Source: Alphaproteobacteria bacterium (lineage in GTDB: Bacteria; Pseudomonadota; Alphaproteobacteria; RF32; CAG-239). From it: a stretch of DNA of 64,000 bases. The stretch covers positions 85,628 to 149,627 of the forward strand of contig JAGAJR010000017.1 in assembly GCA_017626035.1 (NCBI GenBank). Direction: 5' to 3'. Positions 59,501 through 64,000 of this stretch are shown one piece after another. The notes below the pieces were generated by a model, which searched no databases, was not told the origin of the DNA, and saw nothing but the letters and a program-made list of their open reading frames with translations. Within the stretch, counting starts at the first letter, position 1. Every line of letters starts with the position of its first letter. The position numbers and the translations under genes were made by a program.

Positions 59501-62500
59501 TAAACAACAGTTCTTATGGTATTTACGTGAACGGCGGTGCCGGGGTTAATAATTCCGTTATTAATATGAATTCAAACAATTCTTACGGTATTTATGACGC
59601 CTCCTCCGGAGAAATCCGTAACCAAAGCGGAGCTGTCATCAATCTTTCCGGCGATGGCTCATACGGCATGACCACCACCGGCGGTACCTCCGAAAATATC
59701 GGTGTCATCAATGTCGGCATTAAAAATACCGATGATACCGTTACCGGCGGAAACAATTCTATCGGTATGACCACAAACGGCAGCGGTACCGCTACCAACA
59801 CCGGTACAATCAATATTAACGGAAACAATTCTATCGGTATGTTTGCCGACGGCGGAACGGTTATCAACGAATTGGTCGGAAAAATCATTATTAACGGTTC
59901 TAACGGAACGGCTTTCAAAACCAAAGGCGACGGCAAAGCAATCAACCGCGGGACAATTGAACATACCGGAAGCGATTATACTTTATTTGACACGACAGAA
60001 GGCGGAACTTCAGAGAACTACGGAACGGTTATTATCTCCGGAAACGGCAACAAATTGATGGAAGCCGAAGACGGTGCAAGTATCGTTAATACGGGCGGAA
60101 CACTCGAAATTGACGGAGATAACTCTTATGCCATGTACACTAACGGAAGCGGTACGGCTGAAAATACCGGAACAATTAACGTAAACAGCACCAACTCTCA
60201 CGGTATGTATGCCAAAGATAACGGCTCTTTGACCAATTCCGCACCAAAAGGCATTATCAATGTTGTCGGAAACGGGTCTTCCGCCATGACTGCGGCGGCG
60301 GCCGATGCTTCTTTAACCAATACCGGTGTTATTAATATTCGCGGTTTGCAAGCCAACGGTTTGAACATCATCAACGGCGGAGGATCAACCACCGCAACGA
60401 ACAGCGGCACTATCAATCTTTATGCTTCCAATTCCGCCTCCATCAACGGAGCTGCCATGGCCGCAGTTAACGGAACTCTGGTTAATGACACTACCGGACA
60501 AATTAACATTACCGGTACCGGGGACGGAATGAAAGGTATTGCCACCACCGAATATGGTTCTTCTTTGGAAAACAAAGGTTCCATTGTTGTTTCCGGTTCC
60601 GGAGACGGAATGAAAGCTTTGATTAATTCGGGAATTGCCTCTGATGCAATTGTCAATACGATTACAAACAGCGGCACCGTTACTTCGACAAACGGCGGAA
60701 ACGGCATTAACGCCCAACGTGCCAATATTACAAACTCTGCCGGAGCCACTATCTCCCTCGCCAAAGGAGGAACGGCCATTAATGCAACCGACAGCACTGG
60801 TTCCAACACCGTTACCAACGACGGCGTTATTACAATCACGGGAACTGACGATGCTGCCGCCGTCGGCATTCAAACAGATTCCAGCGGTTATACCGTTACA
60901 AACAGCCAATCCGGAACAATTACGATTGCCGGAACCAACGCAACCGGAGTTATTGCAGGCGGCGGAAGTGTTGACAACAGCGGAAATATCGCCGTTGATG
61001 CCCAAAGCGGCAAAGGTATTGTTACATTAAGTTCCGCCTCAGCCACAAATACCGGCAAAATCTACGTTAACGGGGTCAATGCAACCGGTGTAGACGCTCA
61101 AGGCTCCAGTTCCGCCTCCAACAAAGGCACTATTACCGTATCGGGGAACAATGCCAAAGGCATGAGTGCTTCGGCTTCCGTTACCAACAATGCTGATGAA
61201 GGCTTAAACGGCAAAGAGAGTTCTTCTAAAATTCTGGTATCGGGCGAAGGCAGTATCGGTATGTACACCTACTCTGCTTCAGCCAAAGGAACAAACTACG
61301 GCAATATTGAAGTTACCGGCAAGAATGCCAGTGGTATGCTGGCTCAATTCGGAACGGTTACCAATGACGTTAACGAAATCCCTATTTATGATGATAAAGG
61401 CAATCAGACGGGAACTGAGTCCTATGTTGCTTATATTAACGTAAACGGAGATAACGCTATCGGTATGACTGCAGGAAACGGTTCTGCCATTAACAAAGCA
61501 ATCATTGACGTCAACAACGGTATCGGTATGAAAGTTACGGGTTCCGGCACGACAACCAACGAAACAAACGCCACATTGGACGTTATCGGCAACAACGCAA
61601 CGGGCATGTTGGCAGCCGGTACGGGAACGGCAATTAACAACTCCACCATCAACGTTCAGGGAGCTAACGCAACCGGTATGGCTTCCAGCAGCGGCAAAGC
61701 GTCCAACACCGGAACAATTGACGTTGTCGGAGCAACTGCCTCCGGTATGTCCAGCTCAGGTTCCGGAAATGTGGAAAACAGCGGAGAAATTAATTTATCT
61801 AACGCTTCCGGACAAGCCGGTATGCTTGTTAACGGCGGAAACGCAAACAATGCAGCCGGAGCAAACATTAATATTACCGGCGGAACAAATCAGGTTGGTA
61901 TAAAGGTTATAAACGGAACTGCATCCAACGCGGGATCCATTACCTTCTCTAACGGAGCAACAGGAACAGCAATGACTGCAGCCGGAACAAATTCTGTTGC
62001 AACAAACACTTCAAGCGGTCAAATCATTATTGATCAAAATTCTATTGTCGCCATGAGTTCCAGCAACGGAGCAAAAGTGAGCAATGCCGGAACAATAACC
62101 GTAAACACGCAAGTATCAGCCATAACGGCAACCGGTTCGGGTTCCGTTGCCGAAAATGCAGCCGGAGGCGTTATTAATCTTTCTTCCCGCGGTTTAGGCG
62201 TAAACATCTCAAACGGAGCCAAAGGAACAAACTCCGGCGTTATTAACCTGTTGGAACAAAGCGAGAGTACTGCTATGGCGGCCAAAGATACAGGTTCCAG
62301 CATTGAAAACATCGGAACAATCAATGTTGACAGCTACGGAACCGGCATGTCTGCAACAAGCGGAGCTTCCGCCATAAACAGAGGCAGTATTGTTTCTTCC
62401 GGTGAGGACGCCATGTATGTTACCGGAACCGGCACCGCCGAAAATGCCGCTTATCGAAGCATCCGAGTTACCAACGGAAAAGGCATGACTCTTAACGGAA

Positions 62501-64000
62501 CGGGAAGTATTACCAATAACGGCACTATTAATGTTTCTGGCACAGGACGTTACGGAATGTATGTTACCGGCACCGGATCTGCAGTTAACAAAGGCTCAAT
62601 TGTTGTTAACAATACGGCAACTTCCGGTTCTGTAAGCTATGGTATGTATGCCATAAACGGAGGAACGATTACCAACAACGGAACAATTACAATGACCGGA
62701 AATACGGATAATCTTATCGGCATGTATGCCAGCGGTGCAGGTTCTTCCATTGTAAATACCGGAGAAATTACAATCGCTTCTTCCGCTCTCAGCAACGCTA
62801 CCTGCACACCGGGCGACACCAGCGGATGCGGAAAATTCATTGTTGTTGAAAACGGAGCAACATTTACCAACAATGCAACCGTTACATCCGCCGCAGCCCT
62901 TAACCTCAATACCTTTGCGGCAGACAGCCTCTCCAAAGTCATGCTCGGACGGGGCGGAAGCTTTATCGCACCGGAAATCTCCGGTGATGCGGTTGCCGCT
63001 GCCGATATTGTTACGACCGGAGAACAGTTGGATGAATATGTTAACGAAGACTCCTTCATCGGCGAAGATACCGGTATCAATGTTTCTTCGGGCTCTTATA
63101 TGTTTGACGCCTCAACCAAAACCAATGAAAACGGCAATATTGACGTTGTCATGAGCAGAAAAGCATTTGCCTCTATTGTTGACAATCAGGAAATCGCTGC
63201 TTATCTGGAGACCAACTACGGATTGAACAACAGCATTTACAATGCAATGATGTCCGCTTCATCTGCCGACAGTTTTGCAACGGCCACGGCAGAGAGTTTG
63301 GGGCTTAACCTGATTCCTAATTTTGCAAAACAAAATCTCGACGTCATTAAGAGTTTGGATCGCCAGATTAACAATGCCGTTCTCGGAAATGATGACAAAA
63401 AGCCTATGCGAGCCATGGTCGGATATGACTTCTTCAGACGTAAACAGGACGGAACAGGCCTTCTTTCCGGTTATAAAGATTATGCAAATTCCGCATACGG
63501 TATTTTTGATAAAGCATACGACAATAATCTGCGTTACGGTTTCGCCCTCTCCTTCACTCAATTGGACAGCGATTATGACAATGGTTCGGAACGCGACGAG
63601 TTCATTACCCAAGCAATGGCTATCCTGTCTTATAACAACGATGACTTCAGTTTTGTCAGCGCTCCTCGTCTGGGTATCGGCTTCGGTGATTATGAACGCC
63701 AAACCTCTGACGGAACTTATAAAGCCGACACCCGCAACTATTACTACGGCATCAGCAATGAAGCCCGCAAAGATATTGATATGGGAAGCTTTGCATTGCA
63801 GCCGGTTGCCGAATTTAACGTTCTCGGGTTGTATCAGGACAATATGAAAGAAAAAGGACATCTGGAAGTTAACAGTGCCAATAATGTTTCCGTAGAAGGC
63901 GGCCTCGGTTTATATGCCAAGAAAGAATATGAATTAACGGAAGACGATGTTCTCAAACTCCGTCTCGGCGGTACATATTATCATGAATTTAACAATCCTT
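56509..64000 (+). CDS. giant repeat-rich type Va autotransporter (partial; continues past the window end); missing from the ORF track
   Basis: The frame with codons starting at positions ≡1 mod 3 is open from the TAG at 56494-56496 to 64000. I spot-checked it in frame from about 56510 to 58640 and at 59041, 61981, 63241-63600 and 63961. A TTG at 56509 gives a textbook signal peptide (M)KNIKLNIRFFKNAVAIITTAAFLFTSNAVYA|A. Alternative in-frame ATGs are at about 56617 and 56863. The passenger, about 2200 aa, is G/N/T/S-rich with pervasive 'NxGTIxxxG…GM' beta-helix-type repeats. The last roughly 250 aa (…GYDFFRRKQDGTG…YDNNLRYGFALSFTQLDSDYDNGSERDEF…LRLGGTYYHEFNNP) look like a classical autotransporter beta-barrel. 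Confidence 0.75.
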   Translation, partial: MKNIKLNIRFFKNAVAIITTAAFLFTSNAVYAAPPLMPLSLGQMYSLASQGQVRALRGAVQRGLNIDVMDRNGNTGLCHSIWKRNYTAYNAFQASGANPRHPCIQKIPTDRYDSFMSSWRVSDVKATSREAYNYFNEGEFIFSDRALWLGGLLLLGGAAALAFGGGGGGGSNYYYRDVFTPTDDSLGGFVGTASPNIAGYVPIKYDAQADETIINKDNFALSNNVSVSIKNPETGVDEQKQLVDVINFSDSVLENTKYMQVGMKASNGGFVQNGETAGSGTEITLGDATAGMVALHNGQSLNNGMLRINAQNGTVGMISSDKSVSQNNGNINMTFTGNTNTSQIMGMYADSSAIAINNGTIDGDSVAENGGTIVGMQAQIINQEATPNPVEPTNLVNSDSGDIILKATANNGVTVSKSLVGMGTYLEQDFLDGEKLIRRAGYVDMTNSGDIDISFNINGTGAYGTDSGTLMDGTGGFIGMRADANTTAKNAGNIKVAVNSVNAGSVTNAHAAMVSVHGGSIQNTKDSTIEVTGGTGGYGMLAVRGEGKNPEIDARKPTLTNSADASITVDSLNGFGMATYHGGTMSNAGDIHLQSVGTGMHINAGTATNSGNIQLDNSGEGMVIKRNNGSVDGATYNASTAKITNTADGTITIDKAANAKGMYIEAGTAQNDGTININNDQNTPTDPSYGIQALDGTVINTGSINMDVKTPNDVDSYGIHTTNAKATNEANGTITFEMRGVGMHTGSGSNTNNGKIIMNDGGTGMSSETGTIYNNLNASIELKDSGTGISSTSGQVNNLGTVTVAGENSTGINAGRSVDNSGAINMSGGGIVGIEIGDSGSVINNTNGTITLTATSNSLENYGIKGTSGVNTRVNNLGNISLTGRGYPSSVEQGYGISITEGEAYNRGDITFDDMYGFGMNTTEGLLRNYASIELNLGGAGIKGTSGKLFNESTGTITVKGTPTGQNSYGMQVEDGTAWNDGIIDVTGNGQENTDADINNSSYGIYVNGGAGVNNSVINMNSNNSYGIYDASSGEIRNQSGAVINLSGDGSYGMTTTGGTSENIGVINVGIKNTDDTVTGGNNSIGMTTNGSGTATNTGTININGNNSIGMFADGGTVINELVGKIIINGSNGTAFKTKGDGKAINRGTIEHTGSDYTLFDTTEGGTSENYGTVIISGNGNKLMEAEDGASIVNTGGTLEIDGDNSYAMYTNGSGTAENTGTINVNSTNSHGMYAKDNGSLTNSAPKGIINVVGNGSSAMTAAAADASLTNTGVINIRGLQANGLNIINGGGSTTATNSGTINLYASNSASINGAAMAAVNGTLVNDTTGQINITGTGDGMKGIATTEYGSSLENKGSIVVSGSGDGMKALINSGIASDAIVNTITNSGTVTSTNGGNGINAQRANITNSAGATISLAKGGTAINATDSTGSNTVTNDGVITITGTDDAAAVGIQTDSSGYTVTNSQSGTITIAGTNATGVIAGGGSVDNSGNIAVDAQSGKGIVTLSSASATNTGKIYVNGVNATGVDAQGSSSASNKGTITVSGNNAKGMSASASVTNNADEGLNGKESSSKILVSGEGSIGMYTYSASAKGTNYGNIEVTGKNASGMLAQFGTVTNDVNEIPIYDDKGNQTGTESYVAYINVNGDNAIGMTAGNGSAINKAIIDVNNGIGMKVTGSGTTTNETNATLDVIGNNATGMLAAGTGTAINNSTINVQGANATGMASSSGKASNTGTIDVVGATASGMSSSGSGNVENSGEINLSNASGQAGMLVNGGNANNAAGANINITGGTNQVGIKVINGTASNAGSITFSNGATGTAMTAAGTNSVATNTSSGQIIIDQNSIVAMSSSNGAKVSNAGTITVNTQVSAITATGSGSVAENAAGGVINLSSRGLGVNISNGAKGTNSGVINLLEQSESTAMAAKDTGSSIENIGTINVDSYGTGMSATSGASAINRGSIVSSGEDAMYVTGTGTAENAAYRSIRVTNGKGMTLNGTGSITNNGTINVSGTGRYGMYVTGTGSAVNKGSIVVNNTATSGSVSYGMYAINGGTITNNGTITMTGNTDNLIGMYASGAGSSIVNTGEITIASSALSNATCTPGDTSGCGKFIVVENGATFTNNATVTSAAALNLNTFAADSLSKVMLGRGGSFIAPEISGDAVAAADIVTTGEQLDEYVNEDSFIGEDTGINVSSGSYMFDASTKTNENGNIDVVMSRKAFASIVDNQEIAAYLETNYGLNNSIYNAMMSASSADSFATATAESLGLNLIPNFAKQNLDVIKSLDRQINNAVLGNDDKKPMRAMVGYDFFRRKQDGTGLLSGYKDYANSAYGIFDKAYDNNLRYGFALSFTQLDSDYDNGSERDEFITQAMAILSYNNDDFSFVSAPRLGIGFGDYERQTSDGTYKADTRNYYYGISNEARKDIDMGSFALQPVAEFNVLGLYQDNMKEKGHLEVNSANNVSVEGGLGLYAKKEYELTEDDVLKLRLGGTYYHEFNNP

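Noticed and set aside
57190-63861. Many 60-260 aa minus-strand ORFs and several + strand ORFs in the 57-64 kb region, for example 57760..58551, 60385..61005, 63259..63861 and 63323..63847
   Set aside because: They lie inside or antisense to the single long + strand frame encoding the repeat-rich autotransporter. Their translations are low-complexity (G/V/N/S/C-rich) and the repetitive GC-skewed codon structure of the real gene suppresses stops in other frames.
1-64000. Mobile elements, CRISPR arrays, rRNA and tRNA genes
   Set aside because: No transposase, integrase or recombinase-like ORFs, no regularly spaced direct repeats and no rRNA- or tRNA-like sequences were seen. The only direct repeat is the 2-copy 18-mer at 40614.

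Overview
This 64 kb window reads as a chromosomal segment from a low-GC (visually about 40 %) Gram-negative bacterium, most consistent with an alphaproteobacterium. The evidence is gene order: dusB-trkA-(HAD)-hfq-hflX; tpiA-secG-pyrG-(pagP)-kdsA with a divergent ppiD; a ParC N-terminus carrying the '[11 protein letters not shown]' motif; and MlaD/DUF2155-type envelope genes. It is gene-dense with short intergenic regions and many clean rho-independent terminators. I saw no rRNA, tRNA, CRISPR array, transposase or integrase. Housekeeping genes are interleaved with accessory blocks, listed here in coordinate order. (1) A GldA/F/G-type ABC-2 transporter operon. (2) A small glycan-associated block of isochorismatase-like, GT2 and HAD genes. 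(3) A 1334-aa membrane-anchored coiled-coil giant. (4) A PagP lipid A palmitoyltransferase inserted into the pyrG-kdsA cluster. (5) A peroxide/oxygen defence island of flavodiiron protein, Fur/PerR-family regulator with a near-canonical Fur box, and rubrerythrin. (6) An archaeal/eukaryote-type ProRS. (7) Secreted EF-hand and Lys-rich proteins. (8) A block of unknowns at 42-47.8 kb: a beta-solenoid repeat protein and a ParB/Srx-like - CgeB-like glycosyltransferase - HD hydrolase operon facing a YegD-like Hsp70. (9) A probable CDP-glycerol-type activated-polyol cassette of HAD, G1PDH-like dehydrogenase, cytidylyltransferase and hexapeptide acetyltransferase. (10) A DUF2157/GDYXXLXY-type membrane gene set. 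(11) A very large, more than 2400 aa, repeat-rich type Va autotransporter that runs off the window end and is missing from the ORF track. The best candidates for something undescribed are the 42-47.8 kb unknown block and its adjoining activated-polyol cassette; both calls rest on motif recognition only.
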